A DNA stretch of 39,575 nt from NCBI GenBank assembly GCA_943357015.1, contig CALRFZ010000002.1, forward strand, positions 1-39,575. The letters are read 5' to 3'. Positions 16,519-27,758 of this stretch are shown in pieces. The translations under genes and the position numbers were made by a program. Every line of letters starts with the position of its first letter. Position 1 is the stretch's first letter. The stretch comes from Candidatus Staskawiczbacteria bacterium. GTDB lineage: Bacteria > Patescibacteriota > Minisyncoccia > Minisyncoccales > Staskawiczbacteraceae. The notes under the pieces are model-generated. The model made no database searches, was not told the origin of the DNA, and worked only from the letters and a program-made list of their open reading frames with translations.

Positions 16519-16568
16519 TCTTTTTGCAAGTAATGTTAGTTGTAAAAGTGCTATTCTTACTATGTAAA

Positions 16569-16596
16569 ATTATAGCATATTATAGTTATATGTCAA
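16569..16596 (-). promoter_or_regulatory. Near-consensus sigma70-type promoter facing the 187-aa ORF
   Basis: Minus strand reads TTGACA - 16 nt - TGcTATAAT (extended -10). Located between the rpoC terminator and the 5' hairpin. Confidence 0.6.
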
Positions 16597-16634
16597 TATT
16601 AGACTGTACATATAGACCCACAACTACCACAACC

Positions 16635-16658
16635 AAAAAACCGCTTTTGCGGTTTTTT
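16635..16658 (-). terminator. rpoC terminator (symmetrical)
   Basis: AAAAAACCGC-tttt-GCGGTTTTTT, 43 nt after the rpoC stop. Confidence 0.8.
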
Positions 16659-16700
16659 GGTTTGACTAGACCCTAGACCCTAAACACTAGACCCTAATTT

Positions 16701-19700
16701 TTATTTCTTATAAAATCCGGTTCCAACTGGAATAATTTTACCGATAATTACGTTTTCTTTCAAACCACGCAATTTATCTTCTTTGCCTTCTAGAGAAGCC
16801 TTAATCAAAACACGAGAAGTTTGTTGGAAAGATGCGGCTGACAAGAAGCTTTCTGAAGCCAAGGCGACTTCGGAAATTCCCAATAAGATTTGAGACCCAA
16901 CTGGTACTTCTTTTTTGGCAATTCTGAGCCTTTCAACTTCTTCAGTAAATACCGACCACTCAACAATTTCACCTCTAACCCAAGTTGATTCACCCTCTTC
17001 TTTAATCCTAATGCGAGAAAACATTTTTTGAATAATCACTTCCACATGCTTGTCGTGAATATCCACACCCTGAGAAGCATAAATTCTTTGCACTTCTTTT
17101 AGAATATAATTTTGAGTTTCTTGTAGCCCAGAAGACTTGTATAACTTTTTTAGGTCTAGGTTTCCTCCACACAACGGCTGATTTTCTTTAACTTCGTCTC
17201 CAACTTTAACCAAAATTGCAATTCGGCCGGGAATTTGATAATCAACGGTCAATTCTTTACTGCCAGCTTTTTTGCCATCTTTACCGTATGGTTTAATAGT
17301 AACAATTTTTTTCTCTTCATCAATTCTGACCACCTCACCTTCCGATAAAGTCATAACTGCTTCTCCTTTTGGCGCTCGTGATTCAAAAATTTCTTCAATT
17401 CTTGGTAAACCCTGAGTAATATCCCCTGCACCGGCCACCCCACCCAAATGATGAGTTCTTAAAGTCAGCTGAGTTCCCGGTTCTCCAATGGCTTGAGCAG
17501 CCACCACTCCCACCGCTTCACCCAATTTAACCATTGCGTTTCTGCCCAAATCCCAACCATAGCAATTTTGACAAATACCACGGGCACTTCTGCAAGCCAA
17601 AGGACTTCGCACCAAAACCTTTTCAATTTCTTCTTTGGTAATTTGGTTGGCCTGTTGCCAAGTAATAATTTCACCCTTTTTAACAATCACATCTTTTTTA
17701 TCGGCTTTTGAAACCACATCCTCCATTGATATGCGACCCACTAATTTAAAAACATAATTTTGCTCAATTGAATCAGCATCTTTTCTAAAGGCTGTTACTC
17801 CCTTTTTATCACCACAATCCTCGTCGGTCACAATCATATCGTGAGCCACGTCCACCAATCGACGAGTCAAATAACCAGCTGAAGAGGTTCTTAGCGCGGT
17901 ATCTGCAGTTCCTTTTCTAGCTCCGTGAGTAGAAATAAAATATTCCAAAACATTAAACCCTTCGGTAAAAGAAGCCTTAACCGGCAATTCAATGATATCT
18001 CCGGCTGGGTTATTTACCAATCCTTTCATACCAGCCATTTGCACTAATTGCGCCCATGTGCCTCTAGCTCCAGCATTAATAATAGACAAGACTGGACCAT
18101 CTTCTGGCAAGGTGGTTTTTAATAAAGCTTCAAGTTTGGTTTTAGCAGTATGCCAAATTAAAATCTTTTGTGAAGTTTTTTCTTCATGACTTAGTAAACC
18201 TTTTTCGTAGTGACTTTCAATTCTCTCTGCTTCTTTTTCTGAAGCTAACATTAATGCTTCTTTTTCTGCCGGAACAATTAAATCATCCATACCCCAACTA
18301 ATCCCTGATAGCGTACAATATTCAAAACCTAATTTTTTAATGGCATCTAAAGCATCAATAGATTCTTTGCCAGGATACTTTTCAATAATATCCCTAACCA
18401 TCGCTTTTAAAGCTGGGTTATTAATTAATTTGCTCACATAAGGATATGTAGCAGGCAAACTGGCGTTTAAAATCAACCTACCAACCGAAGTTTCAATAAT
18501 TTCATGCTCTACTGATTTTGGATTTGGCACTTTCATTTTTTCATTCAATCCCAAATAGCCAAATTCATGCGCGGTAATCGCTTCTGAATCGCTAGAATAC
18601 CATTTTAAATCCTTTTGATCTTTAGGTTCTTTCATTTTTGACAAAAAATAACAACCCAAAGAAATGTCTCGATAAGGCCCAATTACAGGCATACCGTTAG
18701 CAGGCCTTAAAAGATTTAGACTAGAAAGCATAATTTCTCGCGCTTCTTTTTGCGCCTCATCTGACAATGGCAAATAAACAGCCATTTGATCTCCGTCAAA
18801 GTCGGCGTTAAAAGCTTCGCAAGCAAACGGATGCAATTTAATCGTGTCCCCCTCTGTCAAAACTGGGTGGAAAGCCTGAATACCAAGCCTGTGTAAGGTT
18901 GGGGCTCGGTTAAGCAGTACCACTTTATCTTTTACAATTTCTTCTAAAATTGCCCATACTTCTGGCACTTTTTCTTCTATTAACCTAGAAGCTCCCCTGA
19001 TATTATAAGCTAATTCTTTATCTAAAATTCTTTTAATCACAAACGGTTTAAATATTTCTAAAGCCAAAGATTTTGGCAATCCGCATTGTGAAAAATGCAA
19101 GTCGGTTCCCACAGTAATTACCGATCGGCCAGAATAATCCACGCGCTTACCCAATAGGTTTTGTCGGAATCTACCTTGCTTGCCAGCTAAAATCGCGGCC
19201 AAAGATTTTAACAATCTTTTTCCGCCAGTGGTGGCGGTTGTAGTTACGCCCTTACGCATTTCGTTATCAATTAGGGCATCAACGGCTTCCTGCAACATTC
19301 GTTTTTCGTTTCTGACAATAACCGATGGCGCAGAAATTTCCTGCAAATATTTTAACCGATTATTGCGGTTAATAACACGCCGATACAAATCATTTAAATC
19401 GCTAGATGCATAGCGACCGCCATCTAACTGAACCATTGGACGCAAATCCGGTGGTAAAATTGGCAAAACATCAATAAACATCCATTCTGGTCGCACTTTG
19501 GCGCGCAACATTCCTTGGAAAAGTTTCAGTCGGCGTAAAATCTTCTTTTTGGTTAAGGGTGGCGCTTCTTGACTTTCTTTAACTAATTCATCGGTAGTGA
19601 CTTGCAAATCAACTTTAGAAAATAAGTCCCTAATCACTTCCGCACCCGTGCCCGCTTCAAACATTTCTCCGTATTTTAAAGATAATTCATTGTAGGCAAC

Positions 19701-20276
19701 TTCAGATAAAATCATCAATTGCTTAATTGACAAAACTTCTTCTTTAACTTTTTCTCGCGCGCTCTTTAGTTCGTTTTTAGACGCCTCGGTAGTTTCTTTT
19801 TTAACTTTAGTTTTATATTCCTGCTCAACCTGATCTAAAATATTTTGACGCGCCTCATCGTTAACCTTAGTAATAATATAACTAGAAAAGTAAATAACTT
19901 TTTCTAATTGCTGGCTAGATTTATTTAACACCAAACCCATACGACTTGGCACTCCGCGCAAAAACCAAATATGCGAAACTGGCGTAGACAATTTAATATG
20001 TCCCATTCTTTCACGCCTAACTGAAGATTTAGTAACTTCAACCCCGCATCGGTCACAAACCACGCCTTTGTAACGGATTCTTTTATACTTTCCGCAGGCG
20101 CATTCATAATCTTTATCTGGCCCGAAAATTCGCTCGTCAAAAAGCCCATCCTTTTCCGGTTTTTGAGTCCGGTAGTTAATGGTCTCTGGGTTTATAACTT
20201 CACCGTGAGACCAAGACAAAATCTCTTCAGGCGAAGCCAATTTTATTCTGATTGATTCTAAATCTACTACTCGCAT
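16701..20276 (-). CDS. rpoC: DNA-directed RNA polymerase subunit beta prime
   Basis: Zn-ribbon CACGKYKRIRYKGVVCDRCGVEV, catalytic NADFDGD and trigger-loop/bridge-helix regions. 1191 aa. Confidence 0.97.
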   Translation of the reverse strand: MRVVDLESIRIKLASPEEILSWSHGEVINPETINYRTQKPEKDGLFDERIFGPDKDYECACGKYKRIRYKGVVCDRCGVEVTKSSVRRERMGHIKLSTPVSHIWFLRGVPSRMGLVLNKSSQQLEKVIYFSSYIITKVNDEARQNILDQVEQEYKTKVKKETTEASKNELKSAREKVKEEVLSIKQLMILSEVAYNELSLKYGEMFEAGTGAEVIRDLFSKVDLQVTTDELVKESQEAPPLTKKKILRRLKLFQGMLRAKVRPEWMFIDVLPILPPDLRPMVQLDGGRYASSDLNDLYRRVINRNNRLKYLQEISAPSVIVRNEKRMLQEAVDALIDNEMRKGVTTTATTGGKRLLKSLAAILAGKQGRFRQNLLGKRVDYSGRSVITVGTDLHFSQCGLPKSLALEIFKPFVIKRILDKELAYNIRGASRLIEEKVPEVWAILEEIVKDKVVLLNRAPTLHRLGIQAFHPVLTEGDTIKLHPFACEAFNADFDGDQMAVYLPLSDEAQKEAREIMLSSLNLLRPANGMPVIGPYRDISLGCYFLSKMKEPKDQKDLKWYSSDSEAITAHEFGYLGLNEKMKVPNPKSVEHEIIETSVGRLILNASLPATYPYVSKLINNPALKAMVRDIIEKYPGKESIDALDAIKKLGFEYCTLSGISWGMDDLIVPAEKEALMLASEKEAERIESHYEKGLLSHEEKTSQKILIWHTAKTKLEALLKTTLPEDGPVLSIINAGARGTWAQLVQMAGMKGLVNNPAGDIIELPVKASFTEGFNVLEYFISTHGARKGTADTALRTSSAGYLTRRLVDVAHDMIVTDEDCGDKKGVTAFRKDADSIEQNYVFKLVGRISMEDVVSKADKKDVIVKKGEIITWQQANQITKEEIEKVLVRSPLACRSARGICQNCYGWDLGRNAMVKLGEAVGVVAAQAIGEPGTQLTLRTHHLGGVAGAGDITQGLPRIEEIFESRAPKGEAVMTLSEGEVVRIDEEKKIVTIKPYGKDGKKAGSKELTVDYQIPGRIAILVKVGDEVKENQPLCGGNLDLKKLYKSSGLQETQNYILKEVQRIYASQGVDIHDKHVEVIIQKMFSRIRIKEEGESTWVRGEIVEWSVFTEEVERLRIAKKEVPVGSQILLGISEVALASESFLSAASFQQTSRVLIKASLEGKEDKLRGLKENVIIGKIIPVGTGFYKK

Positions 20277-20400
20277 GAATGTTAGTTCAAAAGTTAAAAT
20301 TCAAAATGCAAAATTTCAGGTTAAAAGTTAAACGTAATAAAACGATAACTTTTTAATTTTGATTTGCAATTCTGACTTTTACCTTTTGATTTTTGATTTT
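20277..20400. repeat. Heptamer-built imperfect palindrome occupying the whole rpoB-rpoC spacer
   Basis: TTCAAAA-GTTAAAA-TTCAAAA-TGCAAAA... is opposed by ...TTTTACC-TTTTGAT-TTTTGAT. Confidence 0.7.
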
Positions 20401-23400
20401 TTACTTTTTCTCCGGTTTAATCTCTCTAATCTTTTCTTTTACTTCCACTGCCATTCCTAAGGACTTTAATTCAGCTACCAGCAAATTAAACGAAGCTGGA
20501 ATATTAGGATTTTTAATTGGCTCACCCTTTAAAATGCTTTCGTAAGTTGTCGCTCTCCCCACTACGTCGTCGGATTTAATAGTCAACATTTCCTGCAAAG
20601 TGTAAGCGGCGCCGTAACCTTCTAGCGCCCAAACTTCCATCTCTCCAAATCTTTGACCTCCAAACTGAGCCTTTCCGCCTAGTGGTTGTTGGGTAATTAA
20701 AGAATATGGCCCAATTGATCTGGCGTGCATTTTATCGTCTACCATATGAATCAATTTCATTATATACATATAGCCCACGGTAATTGGTCTTGGAAATGGC
20801 AAACCTGTATGTCCATCGTAAAGAGTTGTTTGACCAGATTCTGGCAAACCCGCCTCTTTTAATTCCTTTTTAATATCTTCTTTATTGGCACCCAATAACG
20901 ATGGCGTAACGGCCAAATAATTTAATTTATGCGCAGCCCAACCCAAGTGAGTTTCTAAAATCTGCCCAATGTTCATTCGGCTTGGCACAGATAATGGTGA
21001 AAGCACCAAATCTACTGGCGTTCCGTCGGCCAAAAATGGCATTTCTGATTCTTGCAAAATCTTTGACACCACACCCTTGTTTCCGTGGCGACCAACTAAT
21101 TTGTCTCCCACTTTAATATGGCGGGTTTCAGAAATTTCTACCTGAATTTTCTTAATTACTCCGGGTTCTAATTTATGTCCCAATTCTCGTGAAAAGATTT
21201 TTACATTGGTAACTTTTCCACGCTTACCGTGTTCCATTCTTAATGAAGAATCTTTCACGTCTTTAGCTTTATCGCCAAAAATCGCGCGAAGCAGGCGCTC
21301 TTCTGGAGTTAATTCCGCTTCTCCTTTAGGCGAAATTTTACCAACCAAAATATCGTTAGGTCCAACGCTGGCACCCACTCTAATAACCCCTTCTTCATCT
21401 AAATCACGAAGTTTTTCTTCTCCCACATTAGGAATATCAGAAGTTGTAACTTCTGGCCCCAGCTTTGTTTCTCTAACATCGCAGGTAAAGTCTTCAATAT
21501 GAATAGAGGTAAATTCAAATTCTTTAACTAATTTTTCAGAAATTGTAATTGAATCCTCAAAACCGCCTCCGCGTAATGGCAAAAAGCAAACTAAAATATT
21601 TCTACCAAGCGCTAAGCGCCCTTGGTCTATAGAAGCTCCATCAGCCAAAACATCACCCTTTTTTATAATTTCACCTTTTTTAACAATTGGTTTTTGATGG
21701 AAACAAGAATATTGGTTGGTTTTAACAAAAGTCTGCAATTCGTAATCTTCGTTAACTTTTTTACCAGCAATATCATAGGTTACCAAAATATGAGAAGCGT
21801 CAACTTCTTTAATTACTCCGTTGGCACGCGCCAAAACCACTTGACCCGAATCTCGCGCTACATTTCTTTCCACGCCAGTACCTACTAAAGGCGCCTGTGG
21901 CCTTAATAGTGGCACGGCTTGCCTTTGCATGTTTGAACCCATCAAAGCTCTGGACGCATCGTCGTTTTGTAAAAATGGAATCAACGAAGCAGCAGCCGAA
22001 ATAAACTGCTTACTGGAAACATCAGAATAATCAACCTTAGAAATTTCAATTTCAGCTGGCTCTCCTTTTACTCTAGCTTCAACTTTATCAGGTGGAATTT
22101 CTGGCAAAATTTTTCCATTTTTATCAATTGGACAAGAAGCAGGCACAATTACATATCTTTCTTCTTCTTGAGCGGACAAATAATCTATTTCATCGGTAAT
22201 CTTGCCATTTTTAACTTTAAAATATGGCGCTTCAATAAACCCATAAGGGTTTACTCTGGCAAATGAAGCTAAATGTCCCACCAAACCAACGTTAGGACCT
22301 TCGGGAGTTTCAATCGGACAAATTCGGCCATAATGCGAAGGTTGTACGTCACGCACCTCAAATCCAGCACGTTCACGGGTTAATCCACCCGGACCGGTAG
22401 TAGTTAATCGGCGCTTGTGTTCAAGTTCGGCTAACGGGTTTTCGTTATCCATAAACTGAGAAAATTGCGATGAAGTATAAAATTCTTTTACCACCGCCAT
22501 TAGTGGTCGTGGGTTAATTAACTGAATAGCAGTTAAAGTGGCGGGGTCTAAAGTAGACATTTTATCTTTAATAATTCTTTCCATTCGCATCAAACCCACT
22601 CGCAATCGGTTTTGCAAAAGTTCAGACAGGGTTCTTACTCGCCTATTTCCTAGGTGATCAACCTGATCGGCCTTGGCGCCAGGAGTATTGTTTAGCCTAA
22701 TTACTTCTTTGACGACTTCAATTAAATCTTCGATCTTTAAAATTCTCTCCTCTTTTTCAATATCGTGAGTTTTAGTATTTTTATCAGTTTTGCTTAAGTT
22801 AGTTAGTCTTTGCCAAGTTTTCCATCGTCCAACTTTTGATAAATCATAACGATCAAAATTAAAAAACATATTAAAAATCAAATCTTGAGCGGTATCAACC
22901 GTCACCAAATCCCCCGGACGCAACCTTCGATAAATTTCCACTAACGCCTCTTTTTGATCTTTACAAGTATCGCGTCGTAAAGTTTCTTTAATATATTTTA
23001 AATCTCCAGTATCTACATCAGCAAATGCTTTTTCTACTTTTTCCACACTTTCTAGTCCTAATGCCATCAATAGAGTTGTGGCTGGCACTTTGCGTTTACG
23101 ATTAATTTTTACCCCAATAAAACCAGATTCTTCAGTTTCAAATTCAAGCCAAGCTCCGCGATTAGGAATAATTTTAGCTCCAAAAAAGTTTTTGCCTCGG
23201 CGGGAATTGACAGTAAAAAAAGCTCCCGGAGAACGGATTAATTGACTTACCACTACTCTTTCAACTCCATTAACCACAAAGGTACCCCTTTCGGTCATCA
23301 TTGGAAAATCAGCCAAAAACACTTCTTGCTCTTTAACTTCTTTGGTTTTTTTATTAACTAATCTAATTTTAACCCGTAAAGGCACTTCTAAAGAATCGTT

Positions 23401-23640
23401 ATTGCGTTTTGCCTCTAAACCGTTTTTATAATTTGGTTTGCCAAAATTATAATCTAAAAACCAAAGCTCAAATTCTTTGCCGGTGTGATCTAAAATTGGA
23501 GAAATTTCAGAAAAAAGTTCTTTGACTCTAACCTCAGTAAAATCATTCCACGTTTCCTGTTGCATCTGCAAAAGATGCGGAGTAGGAAAAGAAATTTTCG
23601 CTTTTGAAAAATTTCTAACTTTTTGTATTATCTCTGCCAT
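20401..23640 (-). CDS. rpoB: DNA-directed RNA polymerase subunit beta
   Basis: FMDNENPLAELEHKRRLTTTGPGGL, GRHGNKGVVSKI and GGQRFGEMEVWALEGYGAAYTLQE. 1079 aa. Confidence 0.97.
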   Translation of the reverse strand: MAEIIQKVRNFSKAKISFPTPHLLQMQQETWNDFTEVRVKELFSEISPILDHTGKEFELWFLDYNFGKPNYKNGLEAKRNNDSLEVPLRVKIRLVNKKTKEVKEQEVFLADFPMMTERGTFVVNGVERVVVSQLIRSPGAFFTVNSRRGKNFFGAKIIPNRGAWLEFETEESGFIGVKINRKRKVPATTLLMALGLESVEKVEKAFADVDTGDLKYIKETLRRDTCKDQKEALVEIYRRLRPGDLVTVDTAQDLIFNMFFNFDRYDLSKVGRWKTWQRLTNLSKTDKNTKTHDIEKEERILKIEDLIEVVKEVIRLNNTPGAKADQVDHLGNRRVRTLSELLQNRLRVGLMRMERIIKDKMSTLDPATLTAIQLINPRPLMAVVKEFYTSSQFSQFMDNENPLAELEHKRRLTTTGPGGLTRERAGFEVRDVQPSHYGRICPIETPEGPNVGLVGHLASFARVNPYGFIEAPYFKVKNGKITDEIDYLSAQEEERYVIVPASCPIDKNGKILPEIPPDKVEARVKGEPAEIEISKVDYSDVSSKQFISAAASLIPFLQNDDASRALMGSNMQRQAVPLLRPQAPLVGTGVERNVARDSGQVVLARANGVIKEVDASHILVTYDIAGKKVNEDYELQTFVKTNQYSCFHQKPIVKKGEIIKKGDVLADGASIDQGRLALGRNILVCFLPLRGGGFEDSITISEKLVKEFEFTSIHIEDFTCDVRETKLGPEVTTSDIPNVGEEKLRDLDEEGVIRVGASVGPNDILVGKISPKGEAELTPEERLLRAIFGDKAKDVKDSSLRMEHGKRGKVTNVKIFSRELGHKLEPGVIKKIQVEISETRHIKVGDKLVGRHGNKGVVSKILQESEMPFLADGTPVDLVLSPLSVPSRMNIGQILETHLGWAAHKLNYLAVTPSLLGANKEDIKKELKEAGLPESGQTTLYDGHTGLPFPRPITVGYMYIMKLIHMVDDKMHARSIGPYSLITQQPLGGKAQFGGQRFGEMEVWALEGYGAAYTLQEMLTIKSDDVVGRATTYESILKGEPIKNPNIPASFNLLVAELKSLGMAVEVKEKIREIKPEKK

Positions 23641-23742
23641 GCGTGAGAATTTTGAATTACTAATCTTGAATTTTGAATAAAATCAGAATTTTAAATTTTA
23701 GAAACCCAGAATATTTCCAAATTATATGATTCAAAATTTATT

Positions 23743-23770
23743 CGAAATTCGAAATTCGAAATTCGAAATT
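23743..23770. repeat. Perfect tandem heptamer (CGAAATT)x4 upstream of rpoB
   Basis: Read directly from the sequence. Related CGAAATTCG words occur at 33532-33545, 33633-33646 and 38283-38297. Confidence 0.9.
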
Positions 23771-23778
23771 TTAGTTTT

Positions 23779-23812
23779 AAAAACACAAAATACCCTGAGT
23801 TATTCTAGGGTA
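23779..23812 (-). terminator. Terminator or attenuator in the rodA-rpoB spacer
   Basis: Minus strand reads TACCCTAGAATAACTCAGGGTA followed by TTTTGTGTTTTT. Confidence 0.55.
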
Positions 23813-23931
23813 CTTAATTTATAGTTCCATTAAAACAAAAAGTCGATTTGCATTAAAAATTAACCATTTTAAGGCTTTCAATATTGAAAAGAAAAGAGAA
23901 TAAGTTGGCCACTTTTTTATTATCTATTCTG

Positions 23932-23959
23932 ATTATATTCTTTTAATAAAAAAAGTCAA
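23932..23959 (-). promoter_or_regulatory. Strong promoter just after the SEDS gene, pointing toward rpoB
   Basis: Minus strand reads TTGACT - 16 nt - TATAAT. A second GGTATTGACTT copy lies about 27 nt upstream. Confidence 0.5.
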
Positions 23960-23997
23960 TACCACCAAAGCAAAAATTGCAAGTCAATACCCTAAAC

Positions 23998-25089
23998 TTA
24001 AATCCTGCGCGCTTTTATGCTCTGTAAAATTCCGATACTGATAAAGTTTCCAATCAAACCAGATCCGCCGTAACTGGCGAAAGGAAAATACAAACCCACT
24101 ACGGGTAAAAAAGATAAATTCATACCAACATTAATTACAAATTGCGAAACCAACACAATAGCAAAGCCAACTGCAAAAAGACGTGGAAAATTAGTTTCAG
24201 CCAAAAGAGCAATACCCAGCACCCGCCAAACTAGTAAAAGATATAGCAAAAATAATACGGTAATACCTAAAAAACCCCACTCTTGCCCAATGGCCGAAAA
24301 AATAAAATCTGTATGCGGTTCTGGTAAAAATCCGTATTGCACCTGAGAATCACCGCCAATTCCCTGTCCAAATATTTGACCCGACCCAATAGCAACTTTA
24401 GTTTGAGCCTGACTCCACGACCCGCCCAAAACATCAGTAGGAAAAATAAAAGAAATCACTCGGCCTTTTTGATAATCTTTTAGTAAAAAACTCCACGAAA
24501 GTCCGGCAGTTAAAATAAAACACAGCAAAAGAATTAAAAAATGCTTTACTTTAATGCCAGAAATTAACAAAATTCCAAGCCAAATTAACAAAAGCACCAT
24601 AGTGCCACCCAAATCTGGTTTAATAAATACGGCAACGGCCATCAAAAAAACATAGGCCCCAGAAATAAAAATATGCCGGAATTTATACATTTCAATGTGT
24701 CGCATAGAAAAATATTTTGCTAACAAAATTATCAGCACAATTTTAGCTGGTTCCAGCGGATCAAAAGACAAAAATCCGATGCGATACCAACCACGCGTAC
24801 CCCTAATATTGGGGGCAAAAAAATGTAGTCCAATTAAAAGCGCCAAACAAATAAAATACAGCACCAAAATAAAATATGAATTATTACGTAAAACTCGATA
24901 GTCAAAAGATCCAACCAAAAGCATAACACTAAAACCAACGGCAAAAAAAACTAACTGTTTATAAAAATCAGAAAAGCTATGCTGAGCAATACCATAACTG
25001 TAAATTGCCATCAAACCAAAAACCGTCACGCCCACGGCGCAAAAAATCAAAACCCAATCTAATTTTTTAAAATATCCAATAAAATTCAT
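23998..25089 (-). CDS. SEDS-family peptidoglycan glycosyltransferase (FtsW/RodA/SpoVE)
   Basis: About 10 TM helices. Motifs IKPDLGGTMVLL, LPEPHTDFIFSAIGQEWGFLG and SYGGSGLI. Confidence 0.85.
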   Translation of the reverse strand: MNFIGYFKKLDWVLIFCAVGVTVFGLMAIYSYGIAQHSFSDFYKQLVFFAVGFSVMLLVGSFDYRVLRNNSYFILVLYFICLALLIGLHFFAPNIRGTRGWYRIGFLSFDPLEPAKIVLIILLAKYFSMRHIEMYKFRHIFISGAYVFLMAVAVFIKPDLGGTMVLLLIWLGILLISGIKVKHFLILLLCFILTAGLSWSFLLKDYQKGRVISFIFPTDVLGGSWSQAQTKVAIGSGQIFGQGIGGDSQVQYGFLPEPHTDFIFSAIGQEWGFLGITVLFLLYLLLVWRVLGIALLAETNFPRLFAVGFAIVLVSQFVINVGMNLSFLPVVGLYFPFASYGGSGLIGNFISIGILQSIKARRI

Positions 25090-25107
25090 TCTATAAAAGT
25101 CCTTAAA

Positions 25108-27135
<2,028 letters not shown>

Positions 27136-27161
27136 TTACAGACGTTTAACATCTGCCAAGT

Positions 27162-27692
27162 CTATGGATTAACTTGACTAGTTGAGCTTGCCTCGATTTG
27201 CCTTATAGTTTGGCGAAAAAACCCTTTTGAATTTATCGTAAACACCGAATAATTAGCATTAAAAGGATCTGGAGCTACCAAAGCGTACACCGTATAAGTT
27301 TTATCGGCCACAATAGCGTCATAAGTAATATAGCAATTTCTGCAAGTTGCAAGGTCGCAACCGTTAACTTCAATTGGAGTCGCAACGCAATTACTGCAAA
27401 AAGTGTCAGGACTAACACCAGCCTGATTGCAAGAATTGCAAATATCGCAAAAACCTCGACTGCCACCACTAGGAATTTTTTTTCGGTCCAAATATGAAGT
27501 TTTTTCAATCCCAGTATCGGCAGAATAAAATGCCGATGTTGAATTGCCAATAGCGCCAATTATTTTAATTTCATTAAATAGTATTGTTCCGATTGAAAGC
27601 ACAATTGCAATCATCACTGTCATAACCAAAAAAACAATAATCAAAGAAACCCCCTTCTGTGAATTTTTAATTTTACAATTTTTAATTTTCAA
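27162..27692 (-). CDS. Putative PilX-like / minor pilin with Cys-rich head
   Basis: N-terminal hydrophobic helix KGVSLIIVFLVMTVMIAIVLSIG. 8 Cys in about 45 aa (FCDICNSCN...FCSNC...GCDLATCRNC). Last gene of the pilin cluster. Confidence 0.5.
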   Translation of the reverse strand: MKIKNCKIKNSQKGVSLIIVFLVMTVMIAIVLSIGTILFNEIKIIGAIGNSTSAFYSADTGIEKTSYLDRKKIPSGGSRGFCDICNSCNQAGVSPDTFCSNCVATPIEVNGCDLATCRNCYITYDAIVADKTYTVYALVAPDPFNANYSVFTINSKGFFRQTIRQIEASSTSQVNP

Positions 27693-27758
27693 AATAATTT
27701 AAAAATTTTAAATTTTGGATTTTTTTGGAACTTGTAATTTTGAATTTGAGATTCTAAT

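Noticed and set aside
15465-16531. Direct repeat CTTTTT(C)GCAAGT at 15465-15477 and 16520-16531 as a target-site duplication for the cassette
   Set aside because: It matches at 12 of 13 positions with an indel and is T-rich and low-complexity. My rough estimate is that such a match near two chosen boundaries arises by chance with a probability of about 0.2. It is not usable as evidence without comparison to an empty site.
23743-23770. Tandem repeats considered as CRISPR arrays
   Set aside because: The units are 7 nt with no spacers, and there are no cas genes. These are microsatellite-like heptamers, not CRISPR.
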